DNA of 64,000 nt from Anaerolineae bacterium (GCA_034432955.1 DAOUBB010000086.1:4839-68838); one strand, 5' to 3'. Positions 9,551-22,857 are shown, numbered from the stretch's first letter. The notes: a model not told the origin generated them from the sequence alone. Numbers and translations are program-made.

Positions 9551-10423
9551 ATGAGCGGTGAACTCCTGGCCTTCCCCGTTCCGCGACGGCGATCTCGCGT
9601 TTCCTGGAAGACGGTTCTGCTGTGGGCGCTTCTGTCGCCGATCGCGCTCACGCTGGTGATGCCGGTCTGGTATATGGTGGCGAAGGCATTTACGCCGGAG
9701 ATTAACCAGATCAAATGGCCCATCGTTTGGGTACCCGATCCTTTCACCCTCGAGAACTTCCAGCATATCTTCGCAGATCGAACTCTCCCCATCATGCGCT
9801 GGATGTGGAACAGCCTAGTGGTGACGAGTGTGGGTACAGCGTTGGTGTTGTTCTTGTCTGCCCTCAGCGCTTATGGCTTTGCCCGGTTGGAGTTCCCTGG
9901 ACGCGATCTCATCTTCTTTATCCTGCTCATCAGCCTGATGGTGCCGGCTGTCGCCACGTTGATTCCTACCTTCCTGCTGCTGCGTGATCTCCGGTTGCTC
10001 GATAACTATCTATCGCTGTGGCTGCCAGCCGCGGCCAGCGTGGGAGCGATTTTCTTTCTGCGGCAGCAATTCTTTGCCATCCCCCGTGAGCTGGAAGATG
10101 CTGCCGTCATTGACGGCGCAGGGCCATTCCGCGTATTCTGGCAGGTTTGCCTGCCCCTGGTGCAGTCGGCGCTGGTCGCGCAGGGGATTCTGACCGCGTT
10201 GGCATTCTGGAACGATCTGTACTGGCCGCTGATTACGCTGAGCACGCGCGAACTGCTGACCCTGCCCGTGGGGCTGATGGTGCTCAGCCAGGGCAGCTAT
10301 ATCCAGCGTGGGCTGGCCTTCGCCGGCGGCTTCCTCGCTACTGCGCCTCCGCTGATCATCTACGCCATCTTCCAGCGTCAGATCATCCAGGGCATTTCGA
10401 CGGCTGGCTTGGCCGGGCGCTGA
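9551..10423 (+). CDS. ABC transporter permease (MalG/UgpE-like)
   Basis: TM-rich with EAA-like motif (EDAAVIDGAGPFRVFWQVCLP). The ATG at 9551 lies just after the upstream stop at 9541; the ORF track used a GTG at 9542. Confidence 0.85.
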   Translation: MSGELLAFPVPRRRSRVSWKTVLLWALLSPIALTLVMPVWYMVAKAFTPEINQIKWPIVWVPDPFTLENFQHIFADRTLPIMRWMWNSLVVTSVGTALVLFLSALSAYGFARLEFPGRDLIFFILLISLMVPAVATLIPTFLLLRDLRLLDNYLSLWLPAAASVGAIFFLRQQFFAIPRELEDAAVIDGAGPFRVFWQVCLPLVQSALVAQGILTALAFWNDLYWPLITLSTRELLTLPVGLMVLSQGSYIQRGLAFAGGFLATAPPLIIYAIFQRQIIQGISTAGLAGR

Positions 10424-10501
10424 GCTCGACTATGACGATGCCCCGTCAGATTGAGTATAACCCCTGATGATTACATCCCACTACCCCATGCGAGGTTGGT
10501 C

Positions 10502-11995
10502 ATGAGCACTCCATCTGCACGCGTCTTCATCGACACCCATCGCGTGATCGGCGAGGTTTCGCCATTGCTCTTCGGCGGCTTCGCCGAGCACATGGGCCGC
10601 TGCATCTACGGCGGCATCTACGACCCCCAGTCGCCACACGCCGACGAGGACGGGCTCCGCAAGGACGTGATGGAGGCCCTGCGCGATCTGGGCTATACCA
10701 TCATCCGCTATCCGGGCGGCAACTTCCTCAGCGGCTACAACTGGCTCGACGGCGTCGGCCCCAAAGACCAACGCCCCCGCCGCCGTGACCTCGCCTGGCA
10801 ATCCATCGAGACCAACCAGTTCGGCACCAATGAGTTCATGATCTTCTGCCGCAAGATCCACGCGTTGCCCATGCTGGGCGTCAACCTCGGCACCGGCACC
10901 ATCGAGTCCGCCGCCAACCTGGTCGAGTACTGCAACGCGCCCACCGGCACCTACTACGCCGACCTGCGCGCGGCCCACGGGTTCCCTGAACCTCACCACG
11001 TGAAGTACTGGTGTCTCGGCAACGAGATGGACGGCCCCTGGCAGATCGGCCATCTGGACGCGGCCGATTACGCCAAGAAGGCCCGCGAGGCCGCCAAAAT
11101 GATGCGCTGGCACGACCCATCCATCCAACTGGTGCTCTGCGGCTCATCCAACGATCAAATGCCCACGTTCCCCGAGTGGGACCGCGTCGTGCTGGAGACA
11201 TGCTGGGACCAGGTGGATTACCTCTCCATCCACATGTACGTGAGCAACCACTACGAGCAGGACACGCCCAGCTATCTGGCCCTGGCCAGGCGCTTCGAGG
11301 AGTTCGTAGACACCATGGCCAGCACGCTGCGCTACGTGAAGGCCAAAAACCGCAGCAAGCACGACGTCTACCTCTCGTGGGACGAGTGGCAGGTCTGGCA
11401 TCCCAGCGAATCGAAGGGTAACTGGACCGAAGCACCCCACCTCGCCGAGTGCACCTACAACCTGGAGGACGCCCTCGTCGTCGCACAGTGGCTCAACGTC
11501 TTCCTGCGCAAGTGCGACGTGGTGAAGATCGCCTGCGTGGCGCAGATCGTGAACATCATCTCGTGGTTGCAGACAACGACAGATCGCCTGCTCAAGCAGA
11601 CGTCGTTTTACTCGTTCAAACTGGTGAGCAACCACGCGCGTGGCAACTCCCTGGACGTGCTGGTGCGCGCGCCTCACTACGAGACCAAACGATACGGCGA
11701 TGTGCCGGTCCTGGATGTGGCCGCCACGCACGATCCCGCTACCGGCGCGCAGGCGATCTTCATCGTCAACCGCAGTCTGACGGAGTCGGTGCCGACTGAG
11801 GTGATCTGGCAAAATGGGGCACCTCAGCAGGTCGTTCGGGCGTATCAGATCACCGGATCGGACCCGCAACTGGCCAACACCTTCGAGAATCCTCACGTGA
11901 TCGTCCCTCAACCCCTGACCGGCCTGAGGATGGACGGCAACCAGCTCTCACTATCATTGCCGCCGCTGTCGTTCACGATGGTGAATCTGAAATAG
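10502..11995 (+). CDS. abfA: alpha-L-arabinofuranosidase, glycoside hydrolase family 51
   Basis: N-terminus [42 protein letters not shown] matches GH51 AbfA. The length, about 497 aa, also fits. The ATG at 10502 has a GAGGT RBS; the TTG at 10451 is unlikely. Confidence 0.85.
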   Translation: MSTPSARVFIDTHRVIGEVSPLLFGGFAEHMGRCIYGGIYDPQSPHADEDGLRKDVMEALRDLGYTIIRYPGGNFLSGYNWLDGVGPKDQRPRRRDLAWQSIETNQFGTNEFMIFCRKIHALPMLGVNLGTGTIESAANLVEYCNAPTGTYYADLRAAHGFPEPHHVKYWCLGNEMDGPWQIGHLDAADYAKKAREAAKMMRWHDPSIQLVLCGSSNDQMPTFPEWDRVVLETCWDQVDYLSIHMYVSNHYEQDTPSYLALARRFEEFVDTMASTLRYVKAKNRSKHDVYLSWDEWQVWHPSESKGNWTEAPHLAECTYNLEDALVVAQWLNVFLRKCDVVKIACVAQIVNIISWLQTTTDRLLKQTSFYSFKLVSNHARGNSLDVLVRAPHYETKRYGDVPVLDVAATHDPATGAQAIFIVNRSLTESVPTEVIWQNGAPQQVVRAYQITGSDPQLANTFENPHVIVPQPLTGLRMDGNQLSLSLPPLSFTMVNLK

Positions 11996-12059
11996 GAAGA
12001 CGGAAGTCTGGCAGGGCGACGGACGCTGGATGACGTGAGCGCGCATTAAGGAGACCCTC

Positions 12060-14828
<2,769 letters not shown>

Positions 14829-14880
14829 CGTTGTTGCGAGCGTCAGTAGCGTGATTGGGGGCGAGTGAGGTAACCGCCTT

Positions 14881-14909
14881 TTGCCCGCCTTCCCCATCCG
14901 ACGTATAAT
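14881..14909 (+). promoter_or_regulatory. sigma70-like promoter (TTGCCC-17-TATAAT)
   Basis: Perfect -10 TATAAT at 14904-14909, 17-nt spacer, upstream of the nucleotidyltransferase and DMT genes. Confidence 0.45.
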
Positions 14910-14926
14910 GCTGCCGGAGGCGAGGG

Positions 14927-15370
14927 GTGGAGCGAGCTGCTGACCCACGCGCTATCCCAATGCTCACCCTTCCAGTTCGCCACGACGCCGCTACACTCGT
15001 ACGGAAGCTGAACGGATGGCAGCCCATGCTGAGAAAATCGTCCAGTTCTGTGAAAGTCTTTTATCCACCCTTTAGTCGCGAGGAATTGATCACCTTACTG
15101 CGTCAGCGAGTGTGCATATTGCAGGGAAAGCTACCGCTGAAACGGGTGGTGCTCTTTGGCTCTTACTCCCAGGGCAGACAGACGGTTGCCAGTGATATTG
15201 ACTTGCTGGTTATTTATGCAGGAGAGCCTCGGGAGGATGCTTATGCGCTGGTGAAGCGGACGCTGGGTGTGCGCCGCCTTGAGCCGCACGTGTATGCAGA
15301 GGAAGAGTATGAGCGAGTGAAGGCAACAGTAGAACGAATGGTGGAGGGCGGCATTCCCATAGAATCGTGA
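14927..15370 (+). CDS. nucleotidyltransferase-fold protein (MNT/Pol-beta minimal NTase)
   Basis: hG[GS]xxxGxxxxxSDIDLL motif (VVLFGSYSQGRQTVASDIDLLVIYAG). The GTG at 14927 has a GGAGG RBS but lies very close to the predicted transcription start. Alternative ATG starts are at 14960 and 15026. Confidence 0.6.
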   Translation: MERAADPRAIPMLTLPVRHDAATLVRKLNGWQPMLRKSSSSVKVFYPPFSREELITLLRQRVCILQGKLPLKRVVLFGSYSQGRQTVASDIDLLVIYAGEPREDAYALVKRTLGVRRLEPHVYAEEEYERVKATVERMVEGGIPIES

Positions 15371-15376
15371 GGCCAG

Positions 15377-16321
15377 GTGACCTTTTTCGTCTTCGCGATG
15401 GTCCTCGTCTCCGCCTTTCTCCACGCTGGTTGGAACCTGTTGGCCCGCGGTGTGCGTTCAGAGGCGCAGTTCTTCGACCGCATGCTCTTTGCTATCGCCG
15501 CGATCGGCCTGGCGCCCGCGGCCCTCAGCGAGTGGCAGGCACGCTCCCTGAGCCCACGAGCCTGGGCCTACGCGATGGGATCGGGCGTCTTCTGCGCGTT
15601 CTATTACCTCTTCCTGGCGAAAGGATACGCCTCGTCTGATTTCACGGTCGTCTATCCCGTTGCCCGCGCTCTGCCCGTGGTGCTCGTTGGCCTCGGGGAT
15701 AGCGCGCTCGGCCGGCCGCCGACGGCCTGGGGCTGGGCGGGTATCCTGCTAGTGGGGGTCGGCTGCTTCCTGGTCCCGCTCCGCTCACCCCGGGACTTCG
15801 CCCTGGAGCGTTACCTTAACCGAACCGGCCTCTGGATGCTGCTCACCGCGCTGGGGACGGTGGGCTACACGTTGTTGGACAAGGCGGCGGCGGAGATCGT
15901 GCCGCCAGGGCCGGCCACCGCCGCCCGCTATGGGTACGCCTTCTATCTGGCCTCCTGCATCGCCTACGCCATCCTGCTGCGGGTTTTCGGGATGTTTGCC
16001 CATCCTAAGAGGGGCGTTGCTGGACATAAACCCCTTGGCCTATCGTCCTTCGTCCGTCGTCGGCCGTCCAGCAGAGACGCCATCGGCTGGTGGTGGCCCC
16101 TGGGGGCCGGCGCGCTGAACTTCGGCGCGTACTGGCTGGTGCTGTGGGCCTATCAGTTGAGCGAGCGCGCCAGCTACATCGTCGCCTTCCGGCAATTCAG
16201 CATTGTCATCGGCGTCATCCTGGCTTTTCTCCTCTATCGGGAGCAGGGATGGGCTATTCGCCTCCCAGCGACGCTGTTGATCACCGCCGGCCTGGTCATC
16301 ATCGGAATGTGGGGAAGTTGA
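15377..16321 (+). CDS. DMT/EamA-like integral membrane transporter
   Basis: About 10 hydrophobic helices in a duplicated EamA-like architecture. GTG start 6 nt after the upstream stop. Confidence 0.65.
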   Translation: MTFFVFAMVLVSAFLHAGWNLLARGVRSEAQFFDRMLFAIAAIGLAPAALSEWQARSLSPRAWAYAMGSGVFCAFYYLFLAKGYASSDFTVVYPVARALPVVLVGLGDSALGRPPTAWGWAGILLVGVGCFLVPLRSPRDFALERYLNRTGLWMLLTALGTVGYTLLDKAAAEIVPPGPATAARYGYAFYLASCIAYAILLRVFGMFAHPKRGVAGHKPLGLSSFVRRRPSSRDAIGWWWPLGAGALNFGAYWLVLWAYQLSERASYIVAFRQFSIVIGVILAFLLYREQGWAIRLPATLLITAGLVIIGMWGS

Positions 16322-16344
16322 GTACGCAGATACCTCGGCGCGGT

Positions 16345-17388
16345 TCACCCTTCCTGCAAGGGAAGGGCGATCGGCTGGCCGGTGCGCGCTGATTGGTAGA
16401 TGGCGAGGATGATCTCCACCGATTTGCGCCCTTCTTCGCCTGAAACGGGCATGGGCTTGCCCTCCAAAATCGCGTTGACCGACGCTTGCAGGATGGGCAG
16501 ATGGCCCTTCCACCAGGGCGCGCCCGGCTCCGGCACATAAGTGTCGGCCAGCTCCGGGTCGTCTTCCGAGGGCATCCCGGCGCCTTCGGCTATCTTGCAT
16601 TCCACCAGCCGATTGTCCTCGACCGAGGCGCCGCCTCGGTCGCCGTGGATGTCCAGGCGAGCTGAAAAGCCAGGATTGGCCGCCGTCGTCCCCTCGACGA
16701 TCCCCAATGCCCCGCTGCGAAACCGCAAGACGGCCGTGGCCACGTCTTCCGTTTCGATCTCATGGGCCAGCGTGTTGGTGTAGGCAAAGACCTGCTCCAC
16801 CGGCCCCATGCACCATTGGAGCAAGTCCACGTAGTGGATGGATTGGTTCATCAACGCCCCGCCGCCGTCGAGCGCCCAGGTGCCACGCCAGCGAGCGAGA
16901 TGGAAGTACTCCTGCGTTCGCCACCAACGCACCAGCGCATTGCCCAGCACTGGCCGGCCAAAGGCTCCCCGCTGCACGGCCAAATGTAGCCGCATCACAT
17001 CGCGGTGAAAACGGTTCTGAAAGATGACGCCCAGGCGAACGCCTGCCTCTCTGGCTGCGACGATCATCCGGTCCGCATCGGCCAGGTGAATGGCCATCGG
17101 CTTCTCGGTCAGGACATGCTTGCCCGCGCGGGCCGCCTCGATCGCCTGTTCCGCGTGCATCCCGCTGGGCGTGCCAATGGTCACCGCGTCGATGTCGGCC
17201 CGCGCCAGCAATTCCCGGTAATCCTGATACCAGGCCACGCCATAGCGCTCGGCCACCCTCTTTGCCGCCTCTGGCACGGCGTCGGCCACAGCCACCAGCC
17301 GCGCCCCTCGCACCGATTGCAGCACCTCGGCATGTACGGCGCCGATCACGCCGCAGCCGATCACACCGAAACGGACTTCGTCGCTCAC
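16345..17388 (-). CDS. Gfo/Idh/MocA-family NAD(P)-dependent oxidoreductase
   Basis: Rossmann N-terminus VRFGVIGCGVIGAVHA...EKPMA. GTG start at 17388, preceded by CAGGAGGGA with a 6-nt spacer. The ORF-track start at 17457 is probably too far upstream. Confidence 0.85.
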   Translation of the reverse strand: MSDEVRFGVIGCGVIGAVHAEVLQSVRGARLVAVADAVPEAAKRVAERYGVAWYQDYRELLARADIDAVTIGTPSGMHAEQAIEAARAGKHVLTEKPMAIHLADADRMIVAAREAGVRLGVIFQNRFHRDVMRLHLAVQRGAFGRPVLGNALVRWWRTQEYFHLARWRGTWALDGGGALMNQSIHYVDLLQWCMGPVEQVFAYTNTLAHEIETEDVATAVLRFRSGALGIVEGTTAANPGFSARLDIHGDRGGASVEDNRLVECKIAEGAGMPSEDDPELADTYVPEPGAPWWKGHLPILQASVNAILEGKPMPVSGEEGRKSVEIILAIYQSARTGQPIALPLQEG

Positions 17389-17551
17389 AGAAGCTCCCTC
17401 CTGAACGATGGTAGGCTTCAGTAGCACCATAGTGATCGTGGCTCCGGTTTGCTCCATCCCCCCTGGGCCACAAGGAGGACGCGGGCTTTCGCTCGCTCAA
17501 GGGCGGCCTGAAGGCCACGCCACCAAAATGGGGTGCGCTTCAGCCCGCCAC

Positions 17552-18148
17552 CTATGGCCCGGATGAGCACTCGCATACCAGCTCATGTCCCCATTCGCAC
17601 AGCCGGGCCAACACGATCGCGCGCCGTTGTGCCAGCAGCGCCTGCATCTCTGGCGTTTTCAGCGAGGGCGTCGTCATGATCAAGGCGTCCTCGTTGTTAT
17701 CGCTGTAGTAACGACGGCGTATCCCCGTCTGTTCAAAGCCAGTACGGCGGTACAGCCGTTGGGCCACCAGATTGCTTGCGCGCACCTCGAGCGTTGCCCG
17801 CTCCGCCCCCACCGACTGGATCAGATCGAGCAAATGTAACAAGAGCCACTCGCCCAGGCCGCGCCGACGGAAGACGGGATGGGTGGCGATCGTGCAGATG
17901 TGCGCCTCCTCGTCCAGCCGCCAAAACCCGCCGTAGGCCAGCAGCGCGGGCAAAGCCGTGACGTGGGCCGAAGGGCGCACAGCCAGGTAATACCCGTTGG
18001 GATTCTGGGTGAGCTCGTAGCGGTAAACGCTGCGTGGCCACGGAAGGGCGAAGCTGGCCTGCTCCAACGCCATGAGATCGTCCAGGTCCTCCAGGCGTAG
18101 AGGGGTCACCACCACAGGCAACACGCCGGAGTTCACAGCCTCGGTCAT
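17552..18148 (-). CDS. rimI: ribosomal-protein-alanine N-acetyltransferase (GNAT)
   Basis: GNAT motifs. Conserved tsaE-tsaB-rimI gene order. ATGA overlap with tsaB. Confidence 0.8.
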   Translation of the reverse strand: MTEAVNSGVLPVVVTPLRLEDLDDLMALEQASFALPWPRSVYRYELTQNPNGYYLAVRPSAHVTALPALLAYGGFWRLDEEAHICTIATHPVFRRRGLGEWLLLHLLDLIQSVGAERATLEVRASNLVAQRLYRRTGFEQTGIRRRYYSDNNEDALIMTTPSLKTPEMQALLAQRRAIVLARLCEWGHELVCECSSGP

Positions 18149-18816
18149 ACGGTTTCCCCAGACGGTTCATGCAGGTAGATCGGGCTGAGGGTCGCCGGAT
18201 CATCCACTTTCCCTGCCTGCCGGCGTGCCCAGGCGATCTCCGCGAGCACCCCTGCGCGGCGCAGGCGCATCGCCGGCGGCGCCAGCAGAAATCGCTCGCC
18301 CAGGAGAGAGCTCAGGCGATCGGCGTTCTGGGCCAACAACTCGCCGCTGAACAGGGTCGGCTCGCTCATGGCGGCGGCCACAGCGTCCACCGTGCTCAGG
18401 CGGTAGCCGGTGACCGTCTCCCAGCCATTCGCGGTATGACCATAGAGCGCCCAGCATAGGCGGCCACGGCCAGCCTGCACCACCGCGCACACCGGATGCG
18501 GCTGCCATTGATGGGGATAGGCGACCACGTCCAGGGTGGGCACGCCAATCAGCGCCGTTCCTGTCGCCAGCGTTAATCCCTTGGCCAGGCTCAGCGCCAC
18601 GCGCAGCCCCGTAAACGAGCCAGGGCCCAAGGCCACGGCCACCGCGACGAGCTGGGACGGATGCACCCCTGCCTGAGCGAGCAGGGCGCTCACATGGGGA
18701 GCCAGCTCAACCGTGTGCCGTCGGGCCGAATGCCAGCTATGCTCGGCCACTACGCGCCACCCATCGTAGAGCGCGATGCTGGCCAGATCGGTAGCTGTGT
18801 CGAGAGCAAGCAGCAT
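18145..18816 (-). CDS. tsaB: tRNA threonylcarbamoyladenosine biosynthesis protein TsaB
   Basis: MLLALDTATDLASIALYDG is the TsaB/YeaZ N-terminus. Start taken at the internal ATG, 18816. Confidence 0.85.
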   Translation of the reverse strand: MLLALDTATDLASIALYDGWRVVAEHSWHSARRHTVELAPHVSALLAQAGVHPSQLVAVAVALGPGSFTGLRVALSLAKGLTLATGTALIGVPTLDVVAYPHQWQPHPVCAVVQAGRGRLCWALYGHTANGWETVTGYRLSTVDAVAAAMSEPTLFSGELLAQNADRLSSLLGERFLLAPPAMRLRRAGVLAEIAWARRQAGKVDDPATLSPIYLHEPSGETV

Positions 18817-18882
18817 GAAAGTCTCGCCAAGGTCTCCGTCAACCACGCGTCAGCGTCGGCCCCTTTCGGCCGATCGGAGCGA

Positions 18883-19467
18883 TCAGCCTCGAACCCATCC
18901 GGAGGCTTTCTCCTGACGCAGCGTGCGGACCAAAGCCGCGTAGCGCGCGCCGCGTCCCACGAGCTCGATCTCGCGCTCATACGGGCCAACCCAGGTCAGG
19001 ATGACGTCCAGCCGCTCGGTGGGCAATAGCTCACGGCCATCGGGCGGCGATGTCAGGCGATCGGCCCACTCGATCACACAAACCCCGTCATTGTACAGCA
19101 ACTCGTCCAACCCAATCTCCCACGCTTCAACAGGAGCATTAGCCAGGCGATAGCAGTCCACATGGTAGAGTGGCGGCGTGGAGCGGTATTCGTTGATCAG
19201 AATAAAAGTTGGGCTGGTGACCGGTTGGGTGATCCCCAGCCCGCGCGCCAAGCCCTGCACCAGCGTGGTTTTCCCCGCGCCCAGATCGCCGAAGAGAGCG
19301 ATGACATCCCCTGCCTGCACCCACGCCGCCAGCGCGGCCCCCAGCGCGGCCGTCTCCTCTGGCGCGTGGCTGAGGCAACCCCACCGTTCCTCTTCAGGAG
19401 AAAAAGCCTGACTGGATGACTGGACGCTCACGAGAGAGATTATACTGCGAAGCTGCCAGCCGTCCAA
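18883..19467 (-). CDS. tsaE: tRNA threonylcarbamoyladenosine biosynthesis ATPase TsaE
   Basis: Walker [10 protein letters not shown] and the TsaE signature [11 protein letters not shown]. Start is uncertain: TTG at 19467 or GTG at about 19428, with no in-frame ATG. Confidence 0.8.
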   Translation of the reverse strand: MDGWQLRSIISLVSVQSSSQAFSPEEERWGCLSHAPEETAALGAALAAWVQAGDVIALFGDLGAGKTTLVQGLARGLGITQPVTSPTFILINEYRSTPPLYHVDCYRLANAPVEAWEIGLDELLYNDGVCVIEWADRLTSPPDGRELLPTERLDVILTWVGPYEREIELVGRGARYAALVRTLRQEKASGWVRG

Positions 19468-19631
19468 TCCGGCGGCTTAAAGCAATGCCTTCGACCATCC
19501 CAAAAGCCAAACTCAGCGGATGACCGCGGCCATAGGGAGACTACCCTCACTTCAGCAGCCTGATTACTATCACGCCCTACAGGTCTGCTGGCGCCAGGCA
19601 CGCCCGCTCCCTGGCACCCTCAGCGACCGCC

Positions 19632-19660
19632 TTGACTAGGTGGCAGTTATCAGCTATAAC
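19632..19660 (+). promoter_or_regulatory. sigma70-like promoter (TTGACT-17-TATAAC) for the GH38 gene
   Basis: In the 273-bp divergent region between tsaE and the GH38 gene. Confidence 0.45.
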
Positions 19661-19740
19661 GTAAGCTACGTCTTCTCCTCCCAAGCGCACATTTCGGCGC
19701 TGGATCGTTCTCGAAGGTCACGATCGAAAGGATTCGCACG

Positions 19741-22614
19741 ATGCCTGGTTACACCGTCCACGTCATTCCACATACCCATTGGGACCGTGAGTGGTACAGC
19801 CCGTTCCAGCGTTACCGCATGCGGCTGGTCCATCTCCTGGATAAGTTGCTGGACATCCTGGAGAAAGACCCCGATTACAAAGCTTTCACCCTGGATGGGC
19901 AGGCCATCCCGATCATGGATTACCTGGAGATCCGTCCGGAGAAGCGTTCGCTCGTCCAAGAGATGGTGGCGGCGAAGCGCCTGCTCATCGGGCCCTGGTA
20001 CGTCCTTCCTGACGAGTTTCTGGTGAGCGGCGAGGCCCTCGTGCGCAACCTGATGCTGGGCCATCGCGTCGCGCAGGAGTTCGGCTTCGTCCCCAAGATG
20101 GGCTACATCCCCGACACGTTCGGACACATCTCGCAGTTGCCCCAGATCTTCCAGGGCTTCGGCATAGACAATGCCATGCTCTGGCGCGGCCTCTCCCGGC
20201 CGGGGCTCCAATCGGAGCTGTGGTGGGAAGCGCCCGACGGCACGCGCGTCCTGCTCCACCACCTGCTCTCGTTCACCGGCTATAGCAACGCCGGCGCCAT
20301 GCCGGCCGACCCAGAGCGCGCCGAGGCGTACCTGAAAAGCCTGATCCGCACCCAACAGCGGCGGGCCACCACCCGCCACCTCCTGGTGCAAAACGGCGTG
20401 GACCACATGGAGCCACGCCCCGACCTGCCGGCGCTCATCCGCTTCCTCAACGAGCGCGCCGCCGCCCGCGGCGAAGAGGTCCGTTACGTCCACAGCTCGG
20501 TCCTCGACTACATCGTCGCGGTCCAGGCCGAGATCGACCCCACGGCGCTGGAAGTCGTGCGGGGCGAGCTGCGCTCCACCAACTTCGTGCCGGAGGGCGG
20601 CCAGATCGTCCTGCCCAACATCCTCTCGGCCCGCATCTACAACAAGATCCAGAACGCCGACGCCCAGCAGGCGCTGGAGCGCTGGGCCGAGCCGTGGTGT
20701 GCCTTCTTGTGGACGCTGGGCGAGGAGTACCCGCAGGGCTTCCTCTGGCGAGCCTGGGAGTGGCTGATCCAGAACCACCCGCACGACTCGATCGGCGGCT
20801 GCTCGGTGGACGAAGTGCACGCGCAGATGGAAACCCGTTTCCAGTGGGCGCAGGAGATCGCCGACAACCTGACCGACGAGCGATTCCACCTCCTGGCCGC
20901 CCGCCTCGACCTCTCCTGGCTGGAGGATGACGAGTTCGCCGTGGTGGTGTTCAACGGGCTGGGATGGGACCTGAGCGAGACGGTCACTGTCAACCTGGAC
21001 GTGCCGTACAACTTCTGGGCCCGCCTGGCCCTCCAGCGGGCACAACCGCCGCGCGAGTGGGACGAGCACAGCGACTTCCTCGACGTCTGGCGGCGGGAAA
21101 CCCGGCGCGACTGGGCCGGCGATCCGCCGGTCCTGCCCGACCTCACGTTCAAGGGCCTGCTCCTGCGCACCGCAGATGGCATCGAAGTGCCGGCCGAGAT
21201 CGAGGACGTCATCACGACGATGGTAGGACAAAACCTGCTCAGCGGGCCGCGCGCCGCCCAGAGCGTCCTGCGCATCCGGGCGACGATCCCGCTGCAGGCG
21301 TTGCCGGCCTGCGGTTACCAGGTGCTGGCCGGCCGCCTGACGGCTCAGCCGGTCAAGCACGACCTGCCACGCCACCCGGCGAACGTGATGGAGAATGAGC
21401 ACCTGCGCGTGGAGATCCAGCCCAACGGCACCCTGCACGTCACCGACAAGGCCACCGGTCAGCGGTACACCGACCTGGGCTACTTCGAAGACGGCGGGGA
21501 TTGCGGCGACGGCTACAACTACTCTTACCCGCCGCACGACGCCGTGTTCAACACCCTGAGCGCGCGGCCACGCATCGCCCGCCTGTCCGATGGCCCCGTG
21601 GTGCAGCGTTACCGCATCGAGTACGACCTGGAGCTGCCGGCCGGCCTGACCGAGGACCGCAAGCGCCGGCGCGCCGATACCGTTCATTGCCCGCTGACCG
21701 TCATCGTCTCCCTGGGGGCACACGCCCGCCGCGTGGATTTTGAGGCCACGCTGGAGAACCGGGCCAGGGATCACCGCCTGCGCGTGATCTTCCCCAGCGA
21801 TGTGCCGACGGACGTCTCCTACAGCGAGGGGCAGTTCGACGTGGTGCCGCATCCGGTGCATCCCGAGCAGCCACCGCGTGAGGTGTGGTGGGAAGATCAG
21901 CCGGTGACGTACCCCCAGCAGACGTTTGTGGACGTCAGCGATGGGCAACGCGGCCTGTGCGTGATGAGCCACGGCCTGCCGGAGTACGAGGTGGTGAACA
22001 GCCCCCGCCGCGAGGTGGCCATCACCCTGCTGCGCGCGGTGGCTTATCTGGGCGCCGGCCACGACCTGTACACGATCCGGAGCGGCGCCGGCCCGCGCAT
22101 CGCCACGCCCGGCGGCCAGTGCCTGCGCACCCTCACGTATCGCTATTCGATCATGCCCCATGCCGGCACCTGGGAGCAGGCGGAAGTGTGGCGCGAGGCC
22201 CATGCCCACAGCGTGCGGCCGCGGGCGATGGTGGCGGTGAAGACCCCTGACTTCCCGGTGCCCGTCGCGCCTACACCAGCGGGCGTCACGCTGCCGCGCG
22301 ATCGCCACAGCTTCCTGTCCGTGGCAGGGCGCAACGCGGTCCTGAGCGCGGTCAAGCGCGCCGAGCGGGAGGATGCGCTGATCGTGCGCCTGTTCAACCC
22401 CAGCACCGAACCGACGACGGCGACTGTGCGCTTCGCCTGCGCGGTGGCCAGCGCCGAGCTGGTCAACCTGAACGAGGAGCCGTTGGGACAGGCCCTGGCC
22501 GTGGATGATGGGCATCGGGTCAGCATCCTCTTGGCTCCCAAGAAGATCGTGACGATCCAGGTAAACCCACAGGTGTCCGGTTTCAGGATGGCCGATCCAA
22601 GAACCAGCACTTGA
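19741..22614 (+). CDS. alpha-mannosidase, glycoside hydrolase family 38
   Basis: The N-terminal motif VHVIPHTHWDREW is the GH38 catalytic-domain signature. 957 aa. Confidence 0.85.
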   Translation: MPGYTVHVIPHTHWDREWYSPFQRYRMRLVHLLDKLLDILEKDPDYKAFTLDGQAIPIMDYLEIRPEKRSLVQEMVAAKRLLIGPWYVLPDEFLVSGEALVRNLMLGHRVAQEFGFVPKMGYIPDTFGHISQLPQIFQGFGIDNAMLWRGLSRPGLQSELWWEAPDGTRVLLHHLLSFTGYSNAGAMPADPERAEAYLKSLIRTQQRRATTRHLLVQNGVDHMEPRPDLPALIRFLNERAAARGEEVRYVHSSVLDYIVAVQAEIDPTALEVVRGELRSTNFVPEGGQIVLPNILSARIYNKIQNADAQQALERWAEPWCAFLWTLGEEYPQGFLWRAWEWLIQNHPHDSIGGCSVDEVHAQMETRFQWAQEIADNLTDERFHLLAARLDLSWLEDDEFAVVVFNGLGWDLSETVTVNLDVPYNFWARLALQRAQPPREWDEHSDFLDVWRRETRRDWAGDPPVLPDLTFKGLLLRTADGIEVPAEIEDVITTMVGQNLLSGPRAAQSVLRIRATIPLQALPACGYQVLAGRLTAQPVKHDLPRHPANVMENEHLRVEIQPNGTLHVTDKATGQRYTDLGYFEDGGDCGDGYNYSYPPHDAVFNTLSARPRIARLSDGPVVQRYRIEYDLELPAGLTEDRKRRRADTVHCPLTVIVSLGAHARRVDFEATLENRARDHRLRVIFPSDVPTDVSYSEGQFDVVPHPVHPEQPPREVWWEDQPVTYPQQTFVDVSDGQRGLCVMSHGLPEYEVVNSPRREVAITLLRAVAYLGAGHDLYTIRSGAGPRIATPGGQCLRTLTYRYSIMPHAGTWEQAEVWREAHAHSVRPRAMVAVKTPDFPVPVAPTPAGVTLPRDRHSFLSVAGRNAVLSAVKRAEREDALIVRLFNPSTEPTTATVRFACAVASAELVNLNEEPLGQALAVDDGHRVSILLAPKKIVTIQVNPQVSGFRMADPRTST

Positions 22615-22638
22615 ACAGCAAAAAGGGAGACAGGTACA

Positions 22639-22857
22639 ATGAGCAGAGCAACCCGTGAGTTTTACGTGATCATTGAACGAGATGAGGATGGATACTACGT
22701 GGGAGAAGTCCCTCAACTGCGTGCCTGCTATAGCCAGGGTAGAACCTTGGACGAGTTGATGACGAACATTCGGGAAGTCATTGAGCTCTGTCTGGAGGAA
22801 GAGGGAGAAGAGGCGTTACCCGAGTTCGTTGGCCTGCAAAAGGTGGTGCTTGAATGA
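22639..22857 (+). CDS. hicB: HicB-like antitoxin (UPF0150, short form without DNA-binding domain)
   Basis: 72 aa. FYVIIERDEDGYYVGEVPQL...TLDELMTNIREVIELCLEE matches the HicB RNase-H-like partial fold. GGGAGA RBS. Overlaps hicA by 4 nt. Confidence 0.75.
   Translation: MSRATREFYVIIERDEDGYYVGEVPQLRACYSQGRTLDELMTNIREVIELCLEEEGEEALPEFVGLQKVVLE

Noticed and set aside
16760-17518. 252-aa minus-strand ORF overlapping the Gfo/Idh/MocA gene in another frame
   Set aside because: Low-complexity R/G/A-rich sequence. The Gfo-family frame has clear Rossmann motifs and a strong RBS.
22633-22638. TACAAT hexamer immediately before the hicB ATG as a -10 box
   Set aside because: It would put the transcription start inside the ORF. 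The GGGAGA RBS upstream implies a leadered mRNA, so the promoter must lie further upstream within the 3-prime end of the GH38 gene.
19666-22716. 1016-aa ORF on the minus strand antisense to the GH38 gene
   Set aside because: Ala/Arg/Gly-rich low-complexity translation with no recognisable domains, antisense to a well-supported GH38 gene. Typical long open frame of high-GC DNA.
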